Shown piece by piece: positions 27,195 through 36,270 of a stretch of DNA of 51,949 nt. Within the stretch, counting starts at the first letter, position 1. Each line of letters begins with the position of its first letter. The stretch spans positions 1 to 51,949 of the forward strand of contig JAZSLH010000049.1 in NCBI GenBank assembly GCA_045535275.1, in the 5' to 3' direction. The notes under the pieces are model-generated. The model saw only the letters and a list, made by a program, of their open reading frames with translations, was not told the origin of the DNA and ran no database searches. The DNA is from Acutalibacteraceae bacterium (lineage in GTDB: Bacteria; Bacillota; Clostridia; Oscillospirales; Acutalibacteraceae). The position numbers were made by a program, and so were the translations under genes.

Positions 27195-27998
27195 TTATTT
27201 CGAAAGTTCTTTCGCTCTTTTGACGGTAGACTTTAGACAGTCTTCCAGCACGTTGTCAAACATATTGGCATCAAGGGAAGAAAGACCCGCCTCGGTAGTG
27301 CCTTTAGGCGAAGTGACCATCCTGATAAGTTCATCAATAGTTCTCGGGTCACATTCGACCATTTTTGCCGTTCCAGAAAAGACGCTCAAAATCATTTTTT
27401 CTGCGTCCTCACTATTCATACCCTGACCTACCGCAAAATCGATAAAAGTTTTCATTACTCTCATAATATAAGCAGGTGCACTGCCGCTTACAGCAGTAAT
27501 TATATCGATAAGTTCTTCCTTAACAACACAGGTTACTCCGCTGCTCTCAAAACATCCGCGAACAAAAGAAAACTGTTCATCGGTTACGGGGTCCTCCTTA
27601 ACTAGTGCCGAAGCACCAAGCCCGTACATTAAAGGTGTATTAGGCATAACGCGTATAACGGGAGCATTGTAGCCTAAGAGTTCTTTTATGTAGGATATGC
27701 TGATACCTGCAGCAACATCGATAAAGCAAGTGTCATCAGAAACCGATTTAATTGAATCAATAATCTGAGCATAAATTTGCGGTTTAACAGTTAAAAAGAC
27801 AAAATCACTTTGTTTTGTCACATCAACCGCAGATAAACCGACCTTTGCACCTTTTAAAGCAAAAGTACTAGTTTTTTCAGAAATACTGTCAAAAACAATA
27901 ACATTTTCAGGTTTTATGTAACCTGAGCCGATAATTCCGCTGAATATAGCAGTAGCAATATTACCTGCTCCTATAAAACCAACCTTATATTCAGCCAT
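27195..27998 (-). CDS. proC: Pyrroline-5-carboxylate reductase
   Basis: FIGAGNIATAI NADP motif and C-terminal TSPKGTTEAGL signature. Confidence 0.9.
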   Translation of the reverse strand: MAEYKVGFIGAGNIATAIFSGIIGSGYIKPENVIVFDSISEKTSTFALKGAKVGLSAVDVTKQSDFVFLTVKPQIYAQIIDSIKSVSDDTCFIDVAAGISISYIKELLGYNAPVIRVMPNTPLMYGLGASALVKEDPVTDEQFSFVRGCFESSGVTCVVKEELIDIITAVSGSAPAYIMRVMKTFIDFAVGQGMNSEDAEKMILSVFSGTAKMVECDPRTIDELIRMVTSPKGTTEAGLSSLDANMFDNVLEDCLKSTVKRAKELSK

Positions 27999-28079
27999 AA
28001 AATCACCTTAACTTTCTGTGTAAATATATTTATACTACAAAAATAATTTTATGTCAACCAAATTTTTGCGTTTATATAA

Positions 28080-28105
28080 CATTATGTCTACTCATTATGT
28101 AAACT
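28080..28105 (+). repeat. Tandem 13-mer CATTATGTCTACT / CATTATGTAAACT
   Basis: Read directly, 11 of 13 identical. Further TTATGTMWAC copies lie at 28049-28058 and 28129-28138. Confidence 0.85.
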
Positions 28106-28223
28106 ATACAATATATATGATTCAATATTTATGTAAACCCAATTAGTTGTGCTATACTTCCCTCTTTTCAAAAAATCTTTTTTATGTTATAATGGTTCAA
28201 AACTTATAAAAAGGGGTATGTTT

Positions 28224-28958
28224 ATGAGTAAGACCGTTTTAATCACAGGAGCATCAAAAGGCATCGGCGCTAACATGGCAATTCGTTTTGCCGAAAGCGG
28301 ATATAATGTAATAATGAACTACAATTCATCGGTCCAGTCCGCTATTCTTCTTCAGAAGTCGCTTAAAGAAAGCGGATACAGTGTAATTGCATATAAGGCT
28401 AACGTTAAAAATCGCCTTGAAGTTGATTTAATGATTAAGGAAGCAATATATCGCTTTGGAGGAATTGATGTTCTGATTAACAATGCCGGTATATCTAATC
28501 AGTCAGTTATTACAGATGTTTCTGAACAAGAATGGAACGATATTATAGGGGTGAACCTAACCGGTGTATTTAACTGTAGTCAGGCGGTCCTCCCCCACAT
28601 GATAAACCAGAAATCAGGTTCAATTATCAATATTTCGTCAATGTGGGGTGAAGTCGGTGCATCTTGTGAGGTTGCCTACTCTGCCGCTAAAGCGGGTGTT
28701 ATAGGTCTTACAAAGGCCCTTGCAAAAGAGGTTGGGCCAAGCGGAATTACTGTTAACTGCATTACACCGGGACTTATTGATACTTCTATGAACCAAAATC
28801 TCGCCATTGAGGACGTTACCGCAATTATAGATGAAACACCACTTGGAAGAATTGGCTCCACCGATGATGTTGCTTCGGCCGCCTTATTCCTTGCATCAGA
28901 ACAAGCATCCTACATAACAGGACAAATTCTCGGCGTAAACGGCGGATTTGTAATTTAA
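28224..28958 (+). CDS. Short-chain dehydrogenase/reductase (FabG-like)
   Basis: TGASKGIG cofactor motif, NNAG, and YSAAK catalytic Tyr-Lys. Start set to ATG 28224, 7 nt after AAGGGG, downstream of an extended -10 element TGTTATAAT. Confidence 0.8.
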   Translation: MSKTVLITGASKGIGANMAIRFAESGYNVIMNYNSSVQSAILLQKSLKESGYSVIAYKANVKNRLEVDLMIKEAIYRFGGIDVLINNAGISNQSVITDVSEQEWNDIIGVNLTGVFNCSQAVLPHMINQKSGSIINISSMWGEVGASCEVAYSAAKAGVIGLTKALAKEVGPSGITVNCITPGLIDTSMNQNLAIEDVTAIIDETPLGRIGSTDDVASAALFLASEQASYITGQILGVNGGFVI

Positions 28959-28985
28959 AAAAGGCTCCGAACGGAGCCTTTTTTT
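28957..28985. terminator. Bidirectional terminator between the SDR and mutS2
   Basis: AAAAAA-GGCTCC-GAAC-GGAGCC-TTTTTTT. Confidence 0.8.
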
Positions 28986-31377
28986 ATGTCTTAATTTCTG
29001 CGATTGTGACGCCTGCTTCCCCTTCTCCGAAAACTCCGAGCCTGAATGAAATAATGTTTTTATTAGCCTTTAAGTATTCGTGAGTGGCTTTTCTGAGGGC
29101 ACCTGTACCTTTACCGTGGATAATAGTAACGCTCGGTATGCCTGCAAGGACAGCGCCGTCAATATAGCGGTCAAGTTCAATTATTCCTTCGTCAACCGTC
29201 ATACCTCGTATATCAAATTCATATCTGGCATCTCGCTCTGCTCTTGATTTAACGCCTGTGACTCTCCGCGTTTTCGGCTGTTCTTTTGTCTTTTTCGGGG
29301 ATTCACAGAGTTTTAGATTGTTTACATCTGTCCAACTTTTAAGTCCACCGATTGAAACAAAAACTCTTTTTCCGTCCTTTGAAATTTGTTCTACTGTTGC
29401 TTCTTTATTAAGGTCACGGACAACAACCAAATCTCCTGAAACAAGTTCTCTCGGCAGTGTATAGTTATCGCTATCTAAAACTCTGACCGGGTCCGCTTCG
29501 CTTACAATACCATCTATCACATTTTTGCTGTTTTTAATTGCTTTTCCGTATAGTTCAGCCGCGTTATCAGAATTAAATTTTTTCTTAATATCTTCCAGTT
29601 CTGATATAAGAGTATTAGATTTGTATCGGGCGTTATCAACTATATAGGACGCATCGTTCTTTGCTTTTTCAAGGATTGCTTCTTTCTTTATATTGGCTTC
29701 AAAAAGCGCTTTTTGAGCATCCGCAAATATCTTTTCTGCCTTAAGCCTGTCAGACGCAGCACATGAACGCTCCTTATCAAGTTCTAAACGGGCAAGTTCA
29801 AGGGCTTTTGTTACCCTGTCAAGTTGTCGCTCATCGTCAGCAATAAATGTATCTGCCATGGAGATAATTTCCTCAGGTATACCGAGTTTTTTGGAAATAA
29901 CAAACGCATTTGAACGACCAGGTACACCAACAAGCAGTTTGTAGGTTGGCTTTAAGGTTTTTATATCAAACTCACACGAAGCATTTTCAACCCCTTTTGA
30001 GTCGATTGCATAACTCTTAAGTTCAGGATAGTGTGTAGTAGCAACAGTTTTTGAACCGTTATTGGAAAGAAAAATAAGGATTGCTTTAGCAAGTGCTGCA
30101 CCTTCAACGGGGTCGGTTCCACCGCCAAGTTCATCAAGAAGAACTAAACTGTTATTAACCGATTCTTCGAGAATTTTAATAATGTTGACCATATGTGATG
30201 AAAATGTAGACAAAGACTGTTCTATACTTTGTTCATCGCCTATATCAACAAGGATTCGTTCAAAAAAAGAAATTTCACTTCCGTCATTTACGGGAATAAG
30301 CAAACCGCACATTGACATTAAAGTGAGTAGACCTATAGTTTTAAGAGTAACCGTCTTTCCGCCCGTATTTGGACCCGTTATAACGAGCGTATCAAAATCT
30401 ACTCCAAGCGAAACCGAAATTGGAACAACATTTTGTCTGTCAATAAGCGGGTGCCTTGCTTCTTTAAGTACAATCCTTCCGCTACAATTCATTTTTGGCA
30501 TTGTTGCTTTCATTTTATAAGCAAGATTGGCCTTGGCGAAAATCAGATTTAGTTCACACAAAGCAGTATAAGAAGTTCTTATTATGTCAGCAAATTCAGA
30601 AACCTTTAAAGATAGTTCTGCAAGAATTCGCTCAATTTCTTCTCTTTCTTTTGAGAAAAGCACACGAAGTTCATTGTTTGACTCTACAACAGACATAGGC
30701 TCTATAAATAAGGTTGAGCCGGAAGATGAAGTATCATGAACAATTCCCGGAACTTCATTTTTACATTCAGCTTTAACAGGTACAACATATCTTCCGTCAC
30801 GCTGGGTTACAATTGCTTCTTGAAGATATTTGGCTTTACCATGATTTTTAACTATTGAATCAAGTTTGTCTTTAATTGACGAAGATTCCTTACGAATTTT
30901 ACGGCGGATATCGGCAAGAGAAACTGATGCATTATCATACATCTCTTCGGGACTTTTAATCGCAGAGGTAATTATGTCTTCAATATACTTATTTGGCGAA
31001 AGGGTTTGGAAAAGTTCATTAAGCGTAACAACTGCATTCTCTGAAATATTATTACGCCATTCCTTAACATTTCTTATAATTCTTAGACAGTCATATACCG
31101 AGAGAAGTTCACCCATTGTTAAAACAGAACCGACTTCACATTTTGTGAGAAGCGGTCCGGGTTCGACGGGATTGCCGAAAGAGGGCGTTGCATACTTTGC
31201 TGAGAGAATATACGCCTCATCTGTTTTTTTAAGTTCGTTTAAAACAGTATGATAATCAGGAAAAGGACGCAACTTCATTGCGGCATCTTTTGCAGAATTC
31301 ATACTTGCCTCTTCGGATAAAAGTTTTAGAACAGAGATAAGTTCTAGTGAATTATAATATTTTTCAAATTCGTACAT
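28984..31377 (-). CDS. mutS2: Endonuclease MutS2
   Basis: GPNTGGKTV Walker A, LLDELGGGTDP, and a C-terminal Smr domain (IIHGKGTGALR). Confidence 0.9.
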   Translation of the reverse strand: MYEFEKYYNSLELISVLKLLSEEASMNSAKDAAMKLRPFPDYHTVLNELKKTDEAYILSAKYATPSFGNPVEPGPLLTKCEVGSVLTMGELLSVYDCLRIIRNVKEWRNNISENAVVTLNELFQTLSPNKYIEDIITSAIKSPEEMYDNASVSLADIRRKIRKESSSIKDKLDSIVKNHGKAKYLQEAIVTQRDGRYVVPVKAECKNEVPGIVHDTSSSGSTLFIEPMSVVESNNELRVLFSKEREEIERILAELSLKVSEFADIIRTSYTALCELNLIFAKANLAYKMKATMPKMNCSGRIVLKEARHPLIDRQNVVPISVSLGVDFDTLVITGPNTGGKTVTLKTIGLLTLMSMCGLLIPVNDGSEISFFERILVDIGDEQSIEQSLSTFSSHMVNIIKILEESVNNSLVLLDELGGGTDPVEGAALAKAILIFLSNNGSKTVATTHYPELKSYAIDSKGVENASCEFDIKTLKPTYKLLVGVPGRSNAFVISKKLGIPEEIISMADTFIADDERQLDRVTKALELARLELDKERSCAASDRLKAEKIFADAQKALFEANIKKEAILEKAKNDASYIVDNARYKSNTLISELEDIKKKFNSDNAAELYGKAIKNSKNVIDGIVSEADPVRVLDSDNYTLPRELVSGDLVVVRDLNKEATVEQISKDGKRVFVSIGGLKSWTDVNNLKLCESPKKTKEQPKTRRVTGVKSRAERDARYEFDIRGMTVDEGIIELDRYIDGAVLAGIPSVTIIHGKGTGALRKATHEYLKANKNIISFRLGVFGEGEAGVTIAEIKT

Positions 31378-31389
31378 ATATGTATTTCC

Positions 31390-32142
31390 TTAAAACAAAG
31401 AGTTGAAAAACTGTAGGGTTTTATAGTTACGCTCGGTTTTATTTACAAAATACTTCTGAGTAATCTGTGAAAGAGCATAGGCTGCTTCATCAGGCAAAGT
31501 AAAAGCAAAGAGTTTCTGAAAATCAGAATAAATAATATGCCTCATAGCCATTATTAAAGTTGAATTAATAAGGGCGAAACTTTTATCATACGGGACACAG
31601 TCAGAGCAGTAAAGAGCACCTTCTGTCGTATCGAAATACATTAAGTCATTTTGGTATTTAAGACATTTTTTACAGGCTACAAGGTCGGGCATATACCCAA
31701 TCAGCGACAACAGTTTAAGTTCTACTATAGCCTTAATCAAATGAATATTCCTTTTTTTCTTAGTTAAATAATAAAATGCATTTAAAAAAAGGCGAAGAAC
31801 AGTTTCGCTCGTTTCATCAGACGGAGCATGGTATAGTGCAAGTTCACAGAAATATTGTGCGAGAGAGAATGCCTCAATATCATTTCCTGTGTCAAAAAAA
31901 ACCTCTATTGAACAGGCTTCTGTAATACGATATGAATCGCCTTTTTTCTTTAAAGTAAGTGAAGAATAGGATAAAAAAGAGGTTGCGGCATTTCTTTTGC
32001 TTTTAATGCTTTTAGCCCCGCTCGCATAGGCAGATATAACACCGTTATTACGCGACAAAACGGTGACAAGTTTATCACTGTCACCTATTTGTTGCTCCCG
32101 AATTATCAGTCCGTCTATCGTAAATAGAGTTTGTTCCATCAT
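31390..32142 (-). CDS. recO: DNA repair protein RecO
   Basis: OB-fold N-terminus plus zinc motif (CKKC...CSDC). Downstream of era and yqzL. ATG 32142 is preferred over the GTG at 32148. Confidence 0.8.
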   Translation of the reverse strand: MMEQTLFTIDGLIIREQQIGDSDKLVTVLSRNNGVISAYASGAKSIKSKRNAATSFLSYSSLTLKKKGDSYRITEACSIEVFFDTGNDIEAFSLAQYFCELALYHAPSDETSETVLRLFLNAFYYLTKKKRNIHLIKAIVELKLLSLIGYMPDLVACKKCLKYQNDLMYFDTTEGALYCSDCVPYDKSFALINSTLIMAMRHIIYSDFQKLFAFTLPDEAAYALSQITQKYFVNKTERNYKTLQFFNSLF

Positions 32143-32239
32143 ATACACTGCCTTGTGTTTTTAAATGTTCTCTATAATTTAAATATGATTCAACTTTTCC
32201 GTCATTAACAAATTTATTCCAGTATTCATCCTGAATCAA
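32081..32239 (-). CDS. yqzL: YqzL-like mini-protein
   Basis: YWNKFVNDGKVESYLNYREHLK resembles B. subtilis YqzL (FTWNVFSQTGNVDTYLLFKELEK) and sits in the same era-recO position. Probable TTG start at 32239, 6 nt after GGGGGT. Its 3' end overlaps recO. Confidence 0.45.
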   Translation of the reverse strand: MIQDEYWNKFVNDGKVESYLNYREHLKTQGSVYDGTNSIYDRRTDNSGATNR

Positions 32240-32300
32240 AACGTCACCCCCTGCTGTAATATTAGTATCGCACGGGGCCAAGTTTTTATAAAAGGAAAAA

Positions 32301-33224
32301 TCAGTCAAGACCAAAGGTATGAATTAAACCTTGTCTGTTACGCCAGTCTTCTTTTACCTTTACCCAAAGTTTAACCGACGCTCTAATTCCAAAAAATTCT
32401 TCAATATCTTTTCTCGACCTAATGCCTATTTTCTTAAGCATTGTGCCGTTTTTGCCAATAACTATACCTTTGTGAGAATCTTTTTCACAATAAATTGTTG
32501 CTTCGACTTCCAGAATAGGCTCACCATCGGCAGTATCACGCTCATAAAAGCGTTCAATGTCAACCGCTATACCGTGAGGAACTTCCTTGTCTAACGCACG
32601 AAGCAATTTTTCACGAATCATTTCAGCGACCATTGTTTTTTCACCCTGGTCGGTAATATCATCGCTTCCAAAATAGTGAACAGATTCCTTTAAAAATGCA
32701 GAAACTTCTTTTAAAATAATATCAATACCGTCATTTTTAAGAGCGGAAACCGGAATTATACTTTCAAAATTATAAAGACTGTTATATGCCGTAATAATTT
32801 CAAACAATTCTTCTTTATCGGACAGCAAGTCCACCTTGTTTATAACAAGTAAACATTTTAAGTTTCTACGCTTAATTTCGCTTATTAGTTCTAGTTCGGC
32901 AGCAGGAAGGTTGTCTTTATTAAATGTAAATTTAGGGGCGGCCTCAACCACTAACATAACCGCATCAACATCGGAAAGACCATTACCGACCGCTTTAACC
33001 ATATTCTCTCCGAGTTTATTTCTCGGCTTATGAAAACCGGGGGTATCAACAAAAACAAATTGATTTTCGTCCTTAGTAAGCACACCCATAATTCTTGTGC
33101 GTGTTGTTTGTGCCTTATCCGAAACAATAGCAACCTTTTGTCCTAAAAGTGTATTTATTATAGAAGATTTGCCAACATTTGGCCGTCCTACAATCGCAAT
33201 AAATGCCGAATAAGTTTTATTCAT
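32301..33224 (-). CDS. era: GTPase Era
   Basis: GRPNVGKSS, DTPG and NKVD G-motifs plus a C-terminal KH domain (VIGKNGTMLKKIG). Confidence 0.95.
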   Translation of the reverse strand: MNKTYSAFIAIVGRPNVGKSSIINTLLGQKVAIVSDKAQTTRTRIMGVLTKDENQFVFVDTPGFHKPRNKLGENMVKAVGNGLSDVDAVMLVVEAAPKFTFNKDNLPAAELELISEIKRRNLKCLLVINKVDLLSDKEELFEIITAYNSLYNFESIIPVSALKNDGIDIILKEVSAFLKESVHYFGSDDITDQGEKTMVAEMIREKLLRALDKEVPHGIAVDIERFYERDTADGEPILEVEATIYCEKDSHKGIVIGKNGTMLKKIGIRSRKDIEEFFGIRASVKLWVKVKEDWRNRQGLIHTFGLD

Positions 33225-33235
33225 AAAATACCGTC

Positions 33236-33709
33236 CTAAATTATATGAAGTCCAATTTTTGAAAGGGCTTCTTCTTCTTTTTCTCGCATAATTTTCTTCT
33301 GCTCTGCTTCGTCAATATGGTCATATCCAAGCAAGTGAAATACCGAATGAACCGTTAAGTATGCAATTTCTCGCTGAATACTGTGTCCGTAAACTTCGGC
33401 TTGCTTAACAGCGTGTTCAACCGAAATAATAATGTCGCCCAGCATTGCACATTCATTTTCGGGATTTATATCGTAAATACCGTTATCAGACAGAGGAAAA
33501 GACAAAACATCGGTAGAACTATTGATGTTTCTAAAATTTTTATTGATTTCTTTAATTTTTCTGTCGCTGACAAATGTAACATTAACCTCTGCATTTTTAG
33601 CAAAGCCTTCAACTTCAAGCGAAGCAGTTATTGCCGAAATGACAAGTTTTTTTATATCGTCTGTTATAACCGCTTTTCTCTGGCGATTAGAAAAATTAAC
33701 ATTAGTCAT
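33236..33709 (-). CDS. ybeY: rRNA maturation endoribonuclease YbeY
   Basis: HSVFHLLGYDH zinc-binding motif, 157 aa. Confidence 0.9.
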   Translation of the reverse strand: MTNVNFSNRQRKAVITDDIKKLVISAITASLEVEGFAKNAEVNVTFVSDRKIKEINKNFRNINSSTDVLSFPLSDNGIYDINPENECAMLGDIIISVEHAVKQAEVYGHSIQREIAYLTVHSVFHLLGYDHIDEAEQKKIMREKEEEALSKIGLHII

Positions 33710-34643
33710 TGAATTTCCTCTGTTCTTCGGATTTCTCGTATGCGTTTATAATTGCTTGAACCAACTTGTGACGAACAACGTCTTTACCACTAAGACGTAC
33801 TATTACTATATCATCGACCTTTTTAAGAACTGAAACAGCGTCCTTTAAACCGGATTTTTTACCTTTAGGCAAATCTATTTGCGTAACATCGCCTGTAACA
33901 ACCGCTTTCGAATTGAAACCGAGTCGGGTTAGGAACATTTTCATTTGTTCGCAAGTAGTATTCTGTGCTTCATCGAGAATTATAAAACTATCATCAAGGG
34001 TACGGCCGCGCATATATGCAAGAGGTGCAACCTCAATGTCTCCCCTTTCCTGACACCTTTGAAAATTTTCAGCACCTAACATTTCAAAAAGTGCGTCATA
34101 AAGCGGACGAAGATAGGGGTCAACCTTAGATTGCAGGTCTCCGGGTAAAAAGCCAAGACTTTCACCTGCTTCAACGGCAGGTCTGGTTAGGATAATGCGA
34201 TTAATTTCTTTTGCTCTAAAGGCATTAACAGCCATTGCAACCGCAAGGTAGGTTTTACCTGTTCCTGCGGGACCTACACCGATAGTAATGGTATTATTTT
34301 TAATTGCCTCAAGATATTTCTTCTGACCAAGCGTTTTGGGTTTTACAGGCTTTCCCTTTGAAGTAATGCAGATACAATCGCTGTCGGTAAGACGAGAAAT
34401 TTGCTCTTCTTCGCCGTCAGTAACAAGCGAAAAAACATATTCAATATTCTGGTCGGTTATTACTTCACCCTTTGAGATAAGCGCTAAAAGACTGTTAGTA
34501 GCACGAACAGCCTTTTGTACGCTATCGGGGTCGCCTTTGATACGGACATAACTTCCGTGTGAGGTTACTTTTACCAAATACTTTTGTTCAATCTTTTTAA
34601 TGTTTTCATCAAAACTTCCAAAGAGACTGATAATATCTTCCAT
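33702..34643 (-). CDS. phoH: PhoH-family ATPase
   Basis: GPAGTGKTYLAVA Walker A and ILDEAQN Walker B. yqfD-phoH-ybeY context. Confidence 0.9.
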   Translation of the reverse strand: MEDIISLFGSFDENIKKIEQKYLVKVTSHGSYVRIKGDPDSVQKAVRATNSLLALISKGEVITDQNIEYVFSLVTDGEEEQISRLTDSDCICITSKGKPVKPKTLGQKKYLEAIKNNTITIGVGPAGTGKTYLAVAMAVNAFRAKEINRIILTRPAVEAGESLGFLPGDLQSKVDPYLRPLYDALFEMLGAENFQRCQERGDIEVAPLAYMRGRTLDDSFIILDEAQNTTCEQMKMFLTRLGFNSKAVVTGDVTQIDLPKGKKSGLKDAVSVLKKVDDIVIVRLSGKDVVRHKLVQAIINAYEKSEEQRKFND

Positions 34644-34725
34644 TCTATCAATGTTAATTATTTGTTCCGTAATATATCACTCCGCAATATTTATATATTT
34701 ATTATATCACAAAGTAACTATATTT

Positions 34726-35895
34726 TCAATATTCACCTTCTATAGCCTGTTGCATAGCAATATCTTCTAAGCAATCAATCTCAATTAAAACTTTATATAT
34801 GTCACCATCTTCATATACATTTACTTTATAATTTTCTACATTTTTAATGGGAAGATTTTTGATTGTTTTTGAAGTTTCTGCAAGTGCTAATTGAGCAGCC
34901 TGGTCTTCAGTTAAATCAAGTGTTATTATATCTCTTTTTTGAAACTTTCGCTGTATCATTTTTATAGGCAGTTCTTCGCCAAATAATTTTAAACTAAATG
35001 TGTTATATGAAGAGTCTAAACTTTCATCTGCCCCGGAAAGATAAAGCGGAATTTCAAGCCAAAAGACTTTTAATATGTTCTTGCACTGATAGTTCTTACT
35101 TTCTAGCGTACACTTATAGTATTTGTTAATTTCAACATCAAAAGAACGGTGTGTTTTAGCAATTATTTCGCCCTTTGAATGAACAAATTGTGTCGTTACA
35201 TCGTTTGAAACCACACCCGACACAAGAAGGTCACCTTTTCTTACCGCCTGACCAAGCGTAAATTCATTTTTGCCGTGAGTTATTTTAGCAGATTTTATAA
35301 CCCCATCATAAGAAGCAACAATATTCGAGGGGGTTGTTTCTTGATTTTTGTCCGAATCAGAGGCTACGGAAATATTAACAGTAAGATTTGTGCCCTCTAT
35401 ATTAAGAGAGACCCATGCAATTTCCTCAAAACGCAACGCCAATAACTGCGATACATTATATGTATCAACGCTCTTTCTGGGCATTCCCACCGAAACTCCC
35501 AATTCGTCGCAAACAGAGACTATTTTATTTGTGTCAATGTTTTCTGCACCAACCACGTCAATATCCCAGATGAACTGCGAAAAAGCAATATTTATAATGA
35601 AAAATACCGCTATTCCAACAACAATTCCGGGACGTTTTAAAAATTTTCGACTAATAAACACAAGTCCATGTTTTTCTTTAAGTTTAATTCTTATTGAATT
35701 ATCAATTTTTCTTCTGACCTTGCGTATATTTTTATAGTCTGAAATTCCAATATTCAGATATATTCCATCTTTTTTTCTTTTAATATTCCAAACGGAAATT
35801 CCGTTTAAAGCACAATAATTAATAAATCTTTCGGGTGAAAGACCAAAGACATATATTCTGACAAATCCTAAAAAGAATCTATAAAAAGATATCAT
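34726..35895 (-). CDS. yqfD: Sporulation protein YqfD
   Basis: 389 aa with a single central TM helix. N-terminal region aligns by eye with B. subtilis YqfD (..GI.VW.IKRKKDG..L.I...D...). Follows yqfC. Confidence 0.8.
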   Translation of the reverse strand: MISFYRFFLGFVRIYVFGLSPERFINYCALNGISVWNIKRKKDGIYLNIGISDYKNIRKVRRKIDNSIRIKLKEKHGLVFISRKFLKRPGIVVGIAVFFIINIAFSQFIWDIDVVGAENIDTNKIVSVCDELGVSVGMPRKSVDTYNVSQLLALRFEEIAWVSLNIEGTNLTVNISVASDSDKNQETTPSNIVASYDGVIKSAKITHGKNEFTLGQAVRKGDLLVSGVVSNDVTTQFVHSKGEIIAKTHRSFDVEINKYYKCTLESKNYQCKNILKVFWLEIPLYLSGADESLDSSYNTFSLKLFGEELPIKMIQRKFQKRDIITLDLTEDQAAQLALAETSKTIKNLPIKNVENYKVNVYEDGDIYKVLIEIDCLEDIAMQQAIEGEY

Positions 35896-35910
35896 CTGTA
35901 TTCATCACCA

Positions 35911-36198
35911 TTATTCAAACTCAATACTTGAAAAGCGTCCTGTAAGTAAAAATACGCCATTTTCTACATTACTTAACATTATAGACGTGCCGAGCACAGT
36001 CATTGTTTTTTGTCTGCCAAATTTGATTCTTAACATCTCTTCAGAATATTCTGTAATTGTATACTTCCCCTCAAAAGACATTCTGGCGTTCCCAAATAAT
36101 TCAATATGAGGACCATTTGTCAGACTTGCAAAAGGAAGGTCTGATTTGCTGATGTTTATTTGCTCATCAAAATTTATCCTTTTTCTTATATCACCCAT
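35911..36198 (-). CDS. yqfC: Sporulation protein YqfC
   Basis: 95 aa with layout similar to B. subtilis YqfC, immediately upstream of yqfD. Confidence 0.7.
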   Translation of the reverse strand: MGDIRKRINFDEQINISKSDLPFASLTNGPHIELFGNARMSFEGKYTITEYSEEMLRIKFGRQKTMTVLGTSIMLSNVENGVFLLTGRFSSIEFE

Positions 36199-36270
36199 TT
36201 AACCACCCCATTCATACTATTCATTTTATGATAATATAGATTGAATGTATGATTTTTTTGAGGGTTTATT

